This document shows, in pieces, positions 29,145 to 39,435 of a stretch of 64,000 bases of DNA. A model generated the notes under the pieces. It was given only the letters and a program-made list of their open reading frames with translations. It ran no database searches and was not told the origin of the DNA. The DNA is from an uncultured Acidobacteriaceae bacterium (GTDB lineage Bacteria; Acidobacteriota; Terriglobia; Terriglobales; Acidobacteriaceae): positions 8,356 to 72,355 of the forward strand of contig CAXTYQ010000007.1 in assembly GCA_964248505.1 (NCBI GenBank), written 5' to 3'. How positions within the stretch are numbered: position 1 is the stretch's first letter; the number at the start of each line of letters is the position of its first letter. The translations under genes and the position numbers were made by a program.

Positions 29145-30410
29145 GTGGACGAAGACAAGTATGTGAACAAGCTGGCGGGAGATCCTCCCGAAGATCCGGC
29201 AGTAAAGAAGCGCCGCCTGATCGGTCGGCTCATTGGAGCGGTCATCGTGATCCTCACCATCGTGGTCGTTGTCCTGACCTGGATTCGTATGACCTACAAT
29301 CCTCGCACCCAGGACGGAAGTCTCGGCGCGCACTACATCGGCATGGCACCCGAGGTTGAAGGTCGCATCATCTACCTGAACGTCCGCGATAACGATTGTG
29401 TTCGCGCAGGAACGCTGCTGGCCGCACTAGATCCAAGGCAATATGAGTACTCACTGCAGTCCGCGCTCTCCAATCAGGCCAAGCTCGAACAAGACATCAT
29501 CCAGGAAGAGAGATCGATTCGGGCATCCCGAGACCAGGTGGCTGCGAGCAAAGACAGCGTAGCGAACAGTCAGCTGAATGTGCTCAAGGGAAGCGACAGC
29601 GTGCGGGAGGCTGCGGATCAGTTGACAGAGTCGCGTGCCTCGCTCGGAACCGCTCGGGCGAACCTGGCCATCGCCGATCTGAACCTGGAGCGGAACACCC
29701 CCCTCGCCGAACGGAACTACATATCGCGACAGGATTACGACCAGTTGCAGGCCAATCAGAAGAGTGCGGCGGAATCGGTTCGAAGCGCCGAGGCTCAGGT
29801 GCGCGCCAGCGAATCGAAGCAAGCAAGCGCTTCGACCAGCCGTGCGCAGGATATTGTCAGCGTCAACCAATCTGTAAATGAGCTGCGCAAATCGAGAAAC
29901 GAAACCCCGGTGCTCGGCACATATCTCTCCCAGCGGCCGGCGTACCAGGCATCGGTAGACCAGGCCAGGCTCAACTTGAGTTGGACAAAGGTCTACGCTC
30001 CGTTTGACGGCTGCGTTACCTCGATGAATATAGCCCGCGGCCAGTACGCCAAGACGGGTACGGCGATGTTCACTCTCATCGACCAGAACTCCTGGTACGT
30101 CAGAGCCGATTACGACGAAGGCCAACTGCGGTATGTTCGGCCAGGCATGCGGGCCGACGTTGTTCTGATGACCGACCCGCACCATACTCTGCCGGGCGTT
30201 GTGGAAAGCATCAGCACCGGCGTTACCTCGTCCGACAGCTCCGACGTCGGCGGCATTCCTGGAACGCCGGGCAACCTGCCCACGGTAGAACGGTCTCTCG
30301 ATTGGGTTCGTCTGGCCGCTCGCTATCCCGTCCGTATCCACATCGAGCCTCGCGACCCCCGTCTTCTGCTGATCGGGACTACGGCAGAAGTTTCGGTGCA
30401 CGACCGATAA
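29145..30410 (+). CDS. HlyD/MdtN-type membrane fusion protein (cassette 1)
   Basis: GTG after AAGGAG; PRTQDG, APEVEG, APFDG, WVRLAARYPVRI. Confidence 0.9.
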   Translation: MDEDKYVNKLAGDPPEDPAVKKRRLIGRLIGAVIVILTIVVVVLTWIRMTYNPRTQDGSLGAHYIGMAPEVEGRIIYLNVRDNDCVRAGTLLAALDPRQYEYSLQSALSNQAKLEQDIIQEERSIRASRDQVAASKDSVANSQLNVLKGSDSVREAADQLTESRASLGTARANLAIADLNLERNTPLAERNYISRQDYDQLQANQKSAAESVRSAEAQVRASESKQASASTSRAQDIVSVNQSVNELRKSRNETPVLGTYLSQRPAYQASVDQARLNLSWTKVYAPFDGCVTSMNIARGQYAKTGTAMFTLIDQNSWYVRADYDEGQLRYVRPGMRADVVLMTDPHHTLPGVVESISTGVTSSDSSDVGGIPGTPGNLPTVERSLDWVRLAARYPVRIHIEPRDPRLLLIGTTAEVSVHDR

Positions 30411-30436
30411 CCGCAATAGCTTTCCCGAGATCTCAC

Positions 30437-32467
30437 ATGGCAACTAGCACCGTACAACTTGGCGCAGATGCGGGCACGCACAACCGCATGCAAGCGATCT
30501 GGGCCTTCTTTCGGGAGGAGCTGAAACCCTCTCCGGGCCGCTATGCCCTCTTGTTTCGCCTTACTGCCTCTGTGCTGATCGCGCTCTGGATCGATATGGC
30601 ATTCGGCCTCAACGAGATCGGGCTCGGCCTGTATATACCATTCTTCGTGCTTCAGGGAAGCGTGAAGAAAAACTTCATTAGCGTCCTGATGATCGCGGGG
30701 ACCTGCGGTTTGTCGGTGTTGTACATGCTGTTTGTCATGGATGTGCTCAGTGGATCGCCGCCCGTACGCTTTGTCGCACAAACGCTGATCACCCTTGTTG
30801 GCGTGTACTTGATCAAGGCTGCGAAGATCTCGCAGCCTTGGCTCGTTGTTTCGCTTTTTGGCGCGAATTTCGTGCGTTCCTGGGATTCGACCAAAACCGC
30901 TAACTCAATCGTCTCTGGCAATCTCAGCTTCGTTCTGACCATCCTCGTGGGGGCGGCGAGCACCGTCTTTGTGCAATACATCATCTCGCTCAAGAGACCT
31001 CTGCAGGAGCTGCAGGACAGCTTGGTTGCTTCTCTTGAGACGGTCGTGGGCACGCTCAGCGCGCATACGGACCAGCGTTCGCCGAAGGAGGGTCAAAATC
31101 AACTCAAGAAACTCTCCCTTGAGGGCGGAGCAGCGTCCAAGGCGCTGCTGGCCGATGCAGGGAAGCGGAACGATCGCTTGAAGCTTGTTCAGGCCCGGCT
31201 CAGCGGCGCAATAGAAACGCTGGTCGTCCTGGTGGATCAAACGTTGTATTTTTCGCTCTGCGGCGATAAGGCCGCCTCCGCCGTGGATCAGGAGGCACTT
31301 CGAACCGTTCAGGCGCAGCTTCGCGATCTCGAGAACGTCATACGGAACGGCAAGTCGCCGGCCGCCTTCTCCTATCCCCCACACGAACATCTGTTCGAGC
31401 CGGTAGCAGCTTTGGTCGGAACCGTTCAAACGCTGGCGGCAGTTCTGCAGGGAGATCGTGTGCTCCCGGAGGCGCATGAGGAGAAAGCCAAAGGCGGCGG
31501 ACTTCTGAAACCGGGTGCTTTGCAGGACAAAGACAACCTGATCAGCGCGTTCAAGACCACGCTCGCAGCCACGATCTGCTATGCCGTGTACACCGGGGTC
31601 GATTGGCCGCAAATCAGCGCCAGCGTCACCACCTGCATCATCACTACCGAAGACTCCGTCGGTATGGAGCGCCAGAAGCAAGTGCTTCGCTTGATCGGCG
31701 ATTCCCTCGCCGGTATCTGCGCGATCGGCGCAATCTGCTTCGTCCTGCCGTACTTTACCAGCATCGCAGGCTTGACGATCGTTGTCGCTGTGATGACACT
31801 TGTCGGTGGCTACGTGTACCTGGGAAGCTACAAACTCTCCTATGCCGGCCGGCAGCTCTCCTATTGCTTTTTCCTCGCAACTCTCACCGGCACCAGGACA
31901 CCAAACTCCCTCAACGAGGCACGCGATCGAGTGGTTGCTGTAATGCTCGGAGTTTGTATGATGTGGCTTGTGTCCGACCTGATCATGCCCGTTCGTACCA
32001 CCTCTAAAATGCGCGAGGCAGTCGTTGGTGCCTTGGGGGCTCTGGGAAAACTCTGCCCCTTGCGGAACGCCTCGTCCAAGCCGGAAGATAAGCTGGGGGA
32101 GCTGATCAAGATTCGCTCCGCTTTCGGCAAGGATCTGCAATCACTACAGATGAATACTGAATTGCGAGCGTTCGAGAGAACGATGCAAGACGCAGATCAC
32201 AAGCGACGGCTACCTATAATCCAGCAGATCACTCAATTGCTCTTGGAGGTCTTCTTGCGCGATATCACCGCAGTGGAAGGAGACATCCTCGATCTAGAAA
32301 CAGCGAAACAAAGGAAGTGTTCTCCAGAAGAGAGCATGCGCAAGTTGCAGGATCTCTCAAAGGTTCTCTCGGACCCGTCCAAGTCGCCGCCCCCGGATAA
32401 GCCAGAGGAAGAGGATGCGTTCTTGGACCAGGTCCGGAGCGCGCTTCAGGAATCCCTGGCCGTCTAG
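30437..32467 (+). CDS. FUSC/MdtO-type inner membrane efflux protein (cassette 1)
   Basis: EELKPSPGR, FKTTLAATICY..Y..VDWP, LSYAG.Q, RDR motifs. Confidence 0.88.
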   Translation: MATSTVQLGADAGTHNRMQAIWAFFREELKPSPGRYALLFRLTASVLIALWIDMAFGLNEIGLGLYIPFFVLQGSVKKNFISVLMIAGTCGLSVLYMLFVMDVLSGSPPVRFVAQTLITLVGVYLIKAAKISQPWLVVSLFGANFVRSWDSTKTANSIVSGNLSFVLTILVGAASTVFVQYIISLKRPLQELQDSLVASLETVVGTLSAHTDQRSPKEGQNQLKKLSLEGGAASKALLADAGKRNDRLKLVQARLSGAIETLVVLVDQTLYFSLCGDKAASAVDQEALRTVQAQLRDLENVIRNGKSPAAFSYPPHEHLFEPVAALVGTVQTLAAVLQGDRVLPEAHEEKAKGGGLLKPGALQDKDNLISAFKTTLAATICYAVYTGVDWPQISASVTTCIITTEDSVGMERQKQVLRLIGDSLAGICAIGAICFVLPYFTSIAGLTIVVAVMTLVGGYVYLGSYKLSYAGRQLSYCFFLATLTGTRTPNSLNEARDRVVAVMLGVCMMWLVSDLIMPVRTTSKMREAVVGALGALGKLCPLRNASSKPEDKLGELIKIRSAFGKDLQSLQMNTELRAFERTMQDADHKRRLPIIQQITQLLLEVFLRDITAVEGDILDLETAKQRKCSPEESMRKLQDLSKVLSDPSKSPPPDKPEEEDAFLDQVRSALQESLAV

Positions 32468-32665
32468 ATCTCCCGCTGGTAAGTCGCGTAAATGAGCCAC
32501 GCGGTCAGGCTGGCGGCCCCAAGCGCTGACTCTGCATCCTAAATCGTCAGGCCCTTTGCATCAGGAACTTGCAGTCCAATCAGCAGCGATAAAGCATGTA
32601 ACCATGCCACAGCAACGATTCGTGTGGTTGACGTGCCGGAACGGGTCGTCGTAGCAACCGACGGT

Positions 32666-33259
32666 TTAGAAGACGTTACCCACCCGAAGTTTAGCCAACA
32701 GGTCTAACGGATGTATCGGCTTTGTCATAATCTCAAAATCATGGCCTTGTGTCCGAGCTACCTGCAAAAGATCAGATGTTGCGGCTTGACCCGAAAATAG
32801 CAGGATTTTGCAGCTTGGTCGTTGCGAGCGAAAGGTGATCGCTGCGTCTATTCCGCTCATCCCGCCCATGACGACGTCACAGATAAGTACGTCCGGTTGA
32901 AAGCTGCCGAGCGACTCAACCGCCGCCTCTCCGCTATAGACCGCGCGTGCCTCAAAACCCGAAGTATTCAGAATGATCGTTAGCGTGTTCGCGATAACCT
33001 GTTCATCGTCGACGACAAGAACCTTAGTCCGGGACGCGTCGCGACCCCTCGGTGCGGAAGTGCTCCCTTGACCAAAGGTTTCGTTAGGAGTTATGTTTCC
33101 CGTACTAAAACGGTGTGGACCAAAGCACACATTGCGACGCAGAGGAACATAGCAGCTCTCAGTTGCCTCTTCGTTGAGCGTTGATATCATCATATTTCTC
33201 CTCAATAGCTTATGGATCAAACGAGCAGATTCAAAAGCGGAGCCACTCTCGATCACCAT
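32666..33259 (-). CDS. stand-alone response regulator receiver protein
   Basis: VLVVDDE, DVVMGGMSG, LFSG, KP; start uncertain, N-terminal extension. Confidence 0.85.
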   Translation of the reverse strand: MVIESGSAFESARLIHKLLRRNMMISTLNEEATESCYVPLRRNVCFGPHRFSTGNITPNETFGQGSTSAPRGRDASRTKVLVVDDEQVIANTLTIILNTSGFEARAVYSGEAAVESLGSFQPDVLICDVVMGGMSGIDAAITFRSQRPSCKILLFSGQAATSDLLQVARTQGHDFEIMTKPIHPLDLLAKLRVGNVF

Positions 33260-33934
33260 GAAGCGGGTCTTACGTATCTACATCTTTGTGCTGCTGTGTG
33301 ACCTTCCCATGGTTGCGTCTCAGGCAATTTCATAGCGCGACCCAGAGGACGCGTGGGCTCTTGTGCAGTTCATCGTCCTGAAGCGCCAAGCAACTTCAAT
33401 TGCAAACTTCGGTTTCAGTGCTGGCGCAGCATTGACAAGATAAGACCTTGAGGACCTGATCCAGATTCGACTTCGGCAGCCGTAATGTGGCCAGGGTCCT
33501 GTCCTGGTTCTTGAGGGCAGAGCCATTCCTATGCATCGTTTCAGCCTCGAACAGTCGAACGTTTATGTTATGCAGGCGCCCCGCACCGATCGGCTCACAA
33601 CAAGAATGCACCTAAATTCGCTAAATTCCTTCAGCTTCGAGAGCAAAGCAGGTTTGCAATACACGCAAGTAACCCACCGACTTAAATGGCGAGCTGTGCG
33701 GATGCACGCTGAGACATCAGAGATAAACGCCCGTGGCACTCACCTTTGGCTTTAGGCAGCACAAGCCGCTCATGCTCGGACGAACTCCTCCATTTACCAA
33801 GTCCGCTCCTACGCAGCTCCGGTAGTTGCGTCTGGATACGGCCTGGATCTGCTTTCATATCAATGGGTTTACGCCCAACGGTAACAAAAGGAATCGGTAC
33901 AAAATCGCGTTCCGTAGCGCCTGCAGCAATCCTA

Positions 33935-33953
33935 GTTTGCAGCGCGTGCAAAC
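33935..33953. promoter_or_regulatory. extended GTTTGCA-N5-TGCAAAC palindrome (candidate LysR box)
   Basis: GTTTGCAgcgcgTGCAAAC ~190 nt upstream of SDR. Confidence 0.6.
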
Positions 33954-34140
33954 GACATCAGATGTACGCTCGCACAGTCGGCTGATCTTCCGTCTAGTCG
34001 GGACCTGCGGGTTCCGACGACCCAGTGACGGGCGGCTAACACCTAGCATTGCCGTGACATCGATGTTCTGAAGCATGGCGAGCCGATAAGACTAAACGAA
34101 ATAACCCATACTTTCAACCAGGTCTACGAGGGAATGTAAC

Positions 34141-34890
34141 ATGGCGGATCAAGGGAAAAAGCTCGGAAAGGTTGCCGTAGTCACAGGAGCGGCAATGGGA
34201 ATTGGGCAAGCGTACGCAAAGCGGCTCGCCGAAGACGGAGCCGACATCGCGATCGCGGACATCGTCCCAGCCACGGAGACGGAAGACATCATTCGAGGGC
34301 TGGGACGTAAAGTGAAGACGATGCATTGCGATGTGACCTCAGAGAGCGATGTCAAAGCCTTTGCGGCCTTTGTCCAACAAGAGTTCGGGCGCTGCGACAT
34401 CCTCATCAACAACGCGGGCATTTATCCTTACACTTCCTTCGACGACATGACCTTCGAGCAGTGGAGGCACGTGCTCAGCGTTGATCTCGACGGCCCCTTC
34501 CTAGTGTGCAAGTACATCGTCCCAATGATGCGGCGCCAGAAATACGGCCGGATCATGAACGTGTGCTCAGCCGAGTGCTGGACCATCGCCCAGAATAACC
34601 TCCACTACATTTCGGCGAAGATGGGGGTGCTCGGGCTCACCCGTGCACTTGCAAACGAGGTCGGGGACGACAACATCATCGTCAATGCGATTGCCCCAGG
34701 CATTACGGACACGAAGACGGTCCAGCGGGATGCGCCGCAGTACCTGACTTCTCTTCCGAAGTTGCAGGTTATTCACCGTCCAGGGCACCCGGTGGACATG
34801 GCGAACGTGATGTCGTTCCTGACGTCGGACGATGCGCAGTTTATGACCGGCCAAGTTCTGGCAAACGACGGCGGTTGGGCACGTCTCTAA
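34141..34890 (+). CDS. SDR oxidoreductase, (S)-1-phenylethanol dehydrogenase-like
   Basis: TGAAMGIG, GADIAIADIVPA, FGRCDILINNAGIYP, HYISAK (YxxxK), DGG. Confidence 0.9.
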   Translation: MADQGKKLGKVAVVTGAAMGIGQAYAKRLAEDGADIAIADIVPATETEDIIRGLGRKVKTMHCDVTSESDVKAFAAFVQQEFGRCDILINNAGIYPYTSFDDMTFEQWRHVLSVDLDGPFLVCKYIVPMMRRQKYGRIMNVCSAECWTIAQNNLHYISAKMGVLGLTRALANEVGDDNIIVNAIAPGITDTKTVQRDAPQYLTSLPKLQVIHRPGHPVDMANVMSFLTSDDAQFMTGQVLANDGGWARL

Positions 34891-35033
34891 GGCTTGCCCG
34901 ATGACCCCGCGTCGCTAGGCCCTTCTATGCGTGGCGGGGTGGCCTGGCCCCCCCCTCGGCCCCCCGCTCGGAAGACGGCAGCGCGATATGCGCACGAGTG
35001 AGCCGATGAGGAAGCAGTCGCAAAGGAGCGGCC

Positions 35034-36392
35034 ATGAAGGCACCCCGCCTGGTATCCCCAATACGATTTCGCCGCGGAAACTATCGTAAAAACGCTCAGA
35101 TGTATGCAGGTATGTTGTGCTGCCTCATGTTGGGTGGGCTCGTGCCCTTGCACGCGCAAAATGGACGCACGCCGGCAGGCTCCTCACCACCCCTCGATGC
35201 CACCGGCGCCAAACCGCAGCCGGACGTTGTGCGCCCGAATTGGCGGGAAGAGTTGGAGCGCAAGGGGATCACGATCACGATCGAAGACATCTATGACTTT
35301 CAGGGCAACCCCGCCGGCGGCAGGACCCAGATGGGCACCGTCTTTGGCCGGTCGACCGGGTCCATGACCCTGGATCTGCAGAAGCTGCTTTCTTGGCAGG
35401 ATGCAAGCGTCATCGTCAGTGGCATCTTCCAAACCGGCTCGGATCTGGCGACTACTTATATCGGCTCGTGGGACTTCACGAGTTCGATCGCTGGTACCCA
35501 CACCTTGCGCTTCAACGAGTATTACCTCCAGCAAAAGCTGTTCCATGACAAGCTGACCCTTCGCATGGGACAAATGGATGCGCAGAACGAATTCGACAAC
35601 CAGGTTATCGGCGCCGATGATCCTGCAGCTGCCTTCAAAACATGGATCAACAATTCGCTGTGCTGTAACCTCCCCACCACCATCCAGACATATGCCTCCT
35701 TTTCTCCGGCAGGCAAGCCGGGCTTCTTTGTTCGGGGCGATCCAACCAAGCACGTCTTCTACAAACTGGCTGTGTTGTCATCACCGCATAGCCCGTTTGT
35801 AGGCGACCCGAGCGGCATCCGCTTTGACCTTCGCAATGCGCCTGACGAGGCATCTACCTTCGGGTATCTTCGCGGAGATGATTCCTCCGCGCACCCCGGC
35901 GTCTACAAGATCGGCCAAATCCATAACTTCGGTCACTTCAATAGCTTCATTTCGCATAAGCCCTCACATGGAAATGACGAGTACTTCGTCGATGTCGGAC
36001 AGGCGCTCTGGCGACGAAAGGTGGGCGGCCACTACGTCCACCAGGGAGTCGACTACCAGTTCAGCATCAGCGCCACGCCTCGGCGTCTTAATGTAAATGA
36101 CTGGGAGGCGCTTACTGGCATCCGGCTTGTTGGACTGACTTACAAAAGGCCCGCTGACATCGTCGCAATCGGAGTGATCAACTCTCACTTCAGTCGCGAC
36201 TACAGTCAGGAACTCGCATGTTTGGGTCAACCCGGTCGAGCCTCTCAGACCACCATGGAGGCAGGTTACAAGTTCGTCATACGACGCTGGATCACTATTT
36301 GGCCCGATTTTCAATACATATGGAAGCCGAGCGGCGACAAGCGTCTAGGCGATGCGCCCGTCCTCGCGCTTCGGCTCGTCTTCGATCATTAG
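35034..36392 (+). CDS. OprB-family (carbohydrate-selective) porin
   Basis: Signal peptide, LERKGI, GNPAGG, EYYLQQKL, PDFQYI..PSG, terminal beta strand. Confidence 0.85.
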   Translation: MKAPRLVSPIRFRRGNYRKNAQMYAGMLCCLMLGGLVPLHAQNGRTPAGSSPPLDATGAKPQPDVVRPNWREELERKGITITIEDIYDFQGNPAGGRTQMGTVFGRSTGSMTLDLQKLLSWQDASVIVSGIFQTGSDLATTYIGSWDFTSSIAGTHTLRFNEYYLQQKLFHDKLTLRMGQMDAQNEFDNQVIGADDPAAAFKTWINNSLCCNLPTTIQTYASFSPAGKPGFFVRGDPTKHVFYKLAVLSSPHSPFVGDPSGIRFDLRNAPDEASTFGYLRGDDSSAHPGVYKIGQIHNFGHFNSFISHKPSHGNDEYFVDVGQALWRRKVGGHYVHQGVDYQFSISATPRRLNVNDWEALTGIRLVGLTYKRPADIVAIGVINSHFSRDYSQELACLGQPGRASQTTMEAGYKFVIRRWITIWPDFQYIWKPSGDKRLGDAPVLALRLVFDH

Positions 36393-36560
36393 AGCTTTCG
36401 TAAGCTGATTTGTTGCATACACATTGGAACTCCCGAAGCAAGTCTGGTTTGCATCAGGCGCTATTTACGAATGCACACAGCGCACCTAGCATTCCCTAAA
36501 GGCCGAGGCAAATAAATTGACGCCCGCCAGCTTTCATTCTAAGGAAATAGGAGATGCACT

Positions 36561-37457
36561 ATGAGCAGCCTTCTTCAGGTCGCACCCACGACCGCCAACG
36601 GAACAAGCCATAAGTTGAAGGTGCTGGCCGTAGGAGCAAGCGGTAAGTTCGCCGGCCTAGTCATCCCGGAGCTGGCCAAGCGGGGCGTAGAGGTCCGTGG
36701 GCTGGTTCGCGAGAGCAAGGAAGAGAATGAGGTCCGGCAACACGGTGCTTCCGAGATAGCGGTGGCCGATCTTCGAGACCGGGCGAGCATGGATGCTGCT
36801 CTCCAGGGTATCGATTCAGTGTTCTACATTGCGCCGGCCTTCATGCCAAACGAGGCCGAGGTCGGCAAAGGCGTAGTAGAGGCGGCCAAACAGGCCGGCG
36901 TGCGCCGCTTTGTGTTCTCATCCGTAATCCATCCCATCCTGAGTGTATTGAGCAATCATGCAGCCAAGGCTCCGGTCGAGGAGGCGATCCTTGCTTCGGA
37001 TATGGAGTACACCTTCCTTCAGCCGGCCATGTTCCTGCAGAACTACGCCGAGAGCTGGCCCAACGTCGTCAAAACCGGAGTGTTGGCGGAACCATGGTCG
37101 ACCCAGACTAGCTTCTCACGAGTGGACTTCCGCGATGTGGCTGAGTCTGCGGCCATTGCCTTGACGGAAGACCGTTTACTGTACGGCACCTTTGAACTAT
37201 GCTCCGAAATCCCCCGAAACCGGATCGAGGTCGCGCAGATCATCAGCGAGGTTCTGGGACGTGAGGTCAAGGCAGAAAAATTAGAACCGAAGAGCGACGC
37301 GAAAGAGTCTCAAGACCCACAACAAGCTGCGATGAAGCCCATGTTGGAGTGGTATGACAAACACGGTCTGATGGGAAACGCACTTACGCTTCAGGCCATC
37401 TTGGGGCGGCAACCTAGAACCATGGAACAGTACTTCGAGGAGCTTGCTTCGACCTAG
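36561..37457 (+). CDS. NmrA-like NAD(P)-binding protein
   Basis: GASGKFA, AKQAGVRRFVFSS, LQPAMFLQN, VDFRDVAE. Confidence 0.88.
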   Translation: MSSLLQVAPTTANGTSHKLKVLAVGASGKFAGLVIPELAKRGVEVRGLVRESKEENEVRQHGASEIAVADLRDRASMDAALQGIDSVFYIAPAFMPNEAEVGKGVVEAAKQAGVRRFVFSSVIHPILSVLSNHAAKAPVEEAILASDMEYTFLQPAMFLQNYAESWPNVVKTGVLAEPWSTQTSFSRVDFRDVAESAAIALTEDRLLYGTFELCSEIPRNRIEVAQIISEVLGREVKAEKLEPKSDAKESQDPQQAAMKPMLEWYDKHGLMGNALTLQAILGRQPRTMEQYFEELAST

Positions 37458-37618
37458 AAAACAGCCGAAACAAGCGCTGGCTCAGCGCTCCAGGAGCTCT
37501 TCGCTAATTACAGGGACCGAATAGCCCATAGGAAGGACACCCACAAGCATCATGCAGTAGATGCATCGCCATCTTTGAAGCGACGAGGGACACGGTAGCT
37601 CGTATTGGGAAGGCTCGA

Positions 37619-39157
37619 ATGAAGTCTGGCTCGCACAACAACGGCCACCGCACGGGGAGAAAAAGATTGGTGATGGGAGCCACTGTTCTATGTTCGGCGG
37701 CGGTGGTTCACACATCCGCTCAAGTCGCGACAGGGCAGCTCCCCTCGGCTCCCTCTGCTCAGCTCGGATTCTCCTCGCAGACGAGCCAGCATAACGCGGC
37801 GCCATACGTGAGCGACTTACGGCGCATGCCGCGTACCTACCCCGCCACAGACACGTCGAAAACATACGCCTTGTTCGAATTAATCGACATCGCGGAGGAA
37901 CAGAACCCTACCGCACGTGTCGCCTGGGAGCAGGTGAAAGAACAAGCTGCCGCTGTCAAGGTGGCTCGCAGCGCGCTCTTTCCCACGCTCTCCCTCAGTG
38001 CGCCAACATCGGAGACGCGCGAATTTCTAGTCTTCCCCAACGCTGACGGCCCCGTCCTGGGAGGACCTTCATTGCGTGAAGACGATACAACTGTGAACCC
38101 GGTGCTGGCATTGAACTACCTGCTTCTCGACTTCGGCAACACGCGCGCCGGCATCAACACAGCCGCCACGAACCTGTTTGTCACGGGCGAGTCCCTGAGT
38201 GCAACGCATGAGCAGATCGCGCTTGATGTAACTCGGAATTATTACCGCGTGGTCAGCAGCAAGGGCCTGGTCACCTCAGCGCGGGCTTCCCTAAACGATG
38301 CCCAGGCGATTGAAGAGCAGGTGCAGGCCCGCATGGAGCATGGCCTGGCCACCCTTCCCAACTTCCTGAGCGCGAAAACACAACGGCAACAGGCGGAATA
38401 CAACCTCGAAAATGCGATCGGCGCGGAGCTGACTGCGGAATCCGACCTGGCCAGAAGCGCAGGCCTCAACCCAGCCCTGCCCATTCAGGTCAAAGACATC
38501 TCGCACATGCCTGAGAGCAGTGAACTCGAGGATTCGGCGGAACAACTGATCGGAAAGGCCTTGGAGCGACGGCCCGATCTGCTAGAGGCGGTGGGACGCA
38601 TTCGTGGCGCTGATCAGTCCATCAAGGCCGCACGATCGGCTCTCTTTCCCACCCTCACCGTCCACGCGCAGGCTGGCGAAGATCTGCTATGGACGACTAC
38701 GAGCGCCGGCGCCGCGCCGTTTCTGCATCAGGGAAATTGGCAAGGTCAGCTGTCGTTTACCTGGACCATCCTGGATGGCGGACGCCGCCGGTACCAGATC
38801 GTCGAGGCCGAAGAACAAAAACGTATCGCCCAGGCGCAGCTTCAGTCGGCTCAGGATCTTGCGACCAATCAAGTGTGGTCGAGCTATATCAACACGAAAG
38901 TAGCCTTTCGCCGCCTGGAGATCTCTCAGGGCCTCCTGCTTTCCTCACAAACATCCTTCGAGGCCGCGCAGGAATCGTTTGCGCTCGGTCTGGAGACATA
39001 TATCGACCTCTCAAACGCCGAGCAGACCCTAGCGCAATCACGAAACGAGCAGGTGCAAGCCGCATCCGAAGTCTTGACCGACCTCGCGCAGCTGGCATAT
39101 TCCACGGGCGACCTGTTAGGGTCCCGATTTCTAAAGGCGAACAGAAATGCGAAATAA
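37619..39157 (+). CDS. TolC-family outer membrane efflux protein (cassette 2)
   Basis: QNP..R, ARSALFPTL x2, RRPDL, LDGG; paralog of 27248. Confidence 0.88.
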   Translation: MKSGSHNNGHRTGRKRLVMGATVLCSAAVVHTSAQVATGQLPSAPSAQLGFSSQTSQHNAAPYVSDLRRMPRTYPATDTSKTYALFELIDIAEEQNPTARVAWEQVKEQAAAVKVARSALFPTLSLSAPTSETREFLVFPNADGPVLGGPSLREDDTTVNPVLALNYLLLDFGNTRAGINTAATNLFVTGESLSATHEQIALDVTRNYYRVVSSKGLVTSARASLNDAQAIEEQVQARMEHGLATLPNFLSAKTQRQQAEYNLENAIGAELTAESDLARSAGLNPALPIQVKDISHMPESSELEDSAEQLIGKALERRPDLLEAVGRIRGADQSIKAARSALFPTLTVHAQAGEDLLWTTTSAGAAPFLHQGNWQGQLSFTWTILDGGRRRYQIVEAEEQKRIAQAQLQSAQDLATNQVWSSYINTKVAFRRLEISQGLLLSSQTSFEAAQESFALGLETYIDLSNAEQTLAQSRNEQVQAASEVLTDLAQLAYSTGDLLGSRFLKANRNAK

Positions 39158-39407
39158 AAAAAGCATTCCTGCCTCCACCCTATTGTTGCTGCTGTGCGGC
39201 TGCTCGCGTTCGCCCTCGATTGATGTTCTCGGCTCGTATTTCCCGGCATGGATCGTCTGCTGCATCATCGGTATTGTTTTGGCGCTGGTCACGTATTTCA
39301 TTCTCGTGCGCCTCCAACTCGAACCGGCGATCCCGATGAAAACCGTTGTCTATCCCTGTGCGGCTGCAGCGTACACCTTTCTAGCTTGGATCATCTTTTA
39401 CAGCTAA
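39147..39407 (+). CDS. YtcA-family lipoprotein (cassette 2)
   Basis: Lipobox LCGC, SPSIDVLGSYFPAW, two TMs. Confidence 0.88.
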   Translation: MRNKKSIPASTLLLLLCGCSRSPSIDVLGSYFPAWIVCCIIGIVLALVTYFILVRLQLEPAIPMKTVVYPCAAAAYTFLAWIIFYS

Positions 39408-39435
39408 GTCGACCAGTTCGTTGTAGCGAGGTCTC

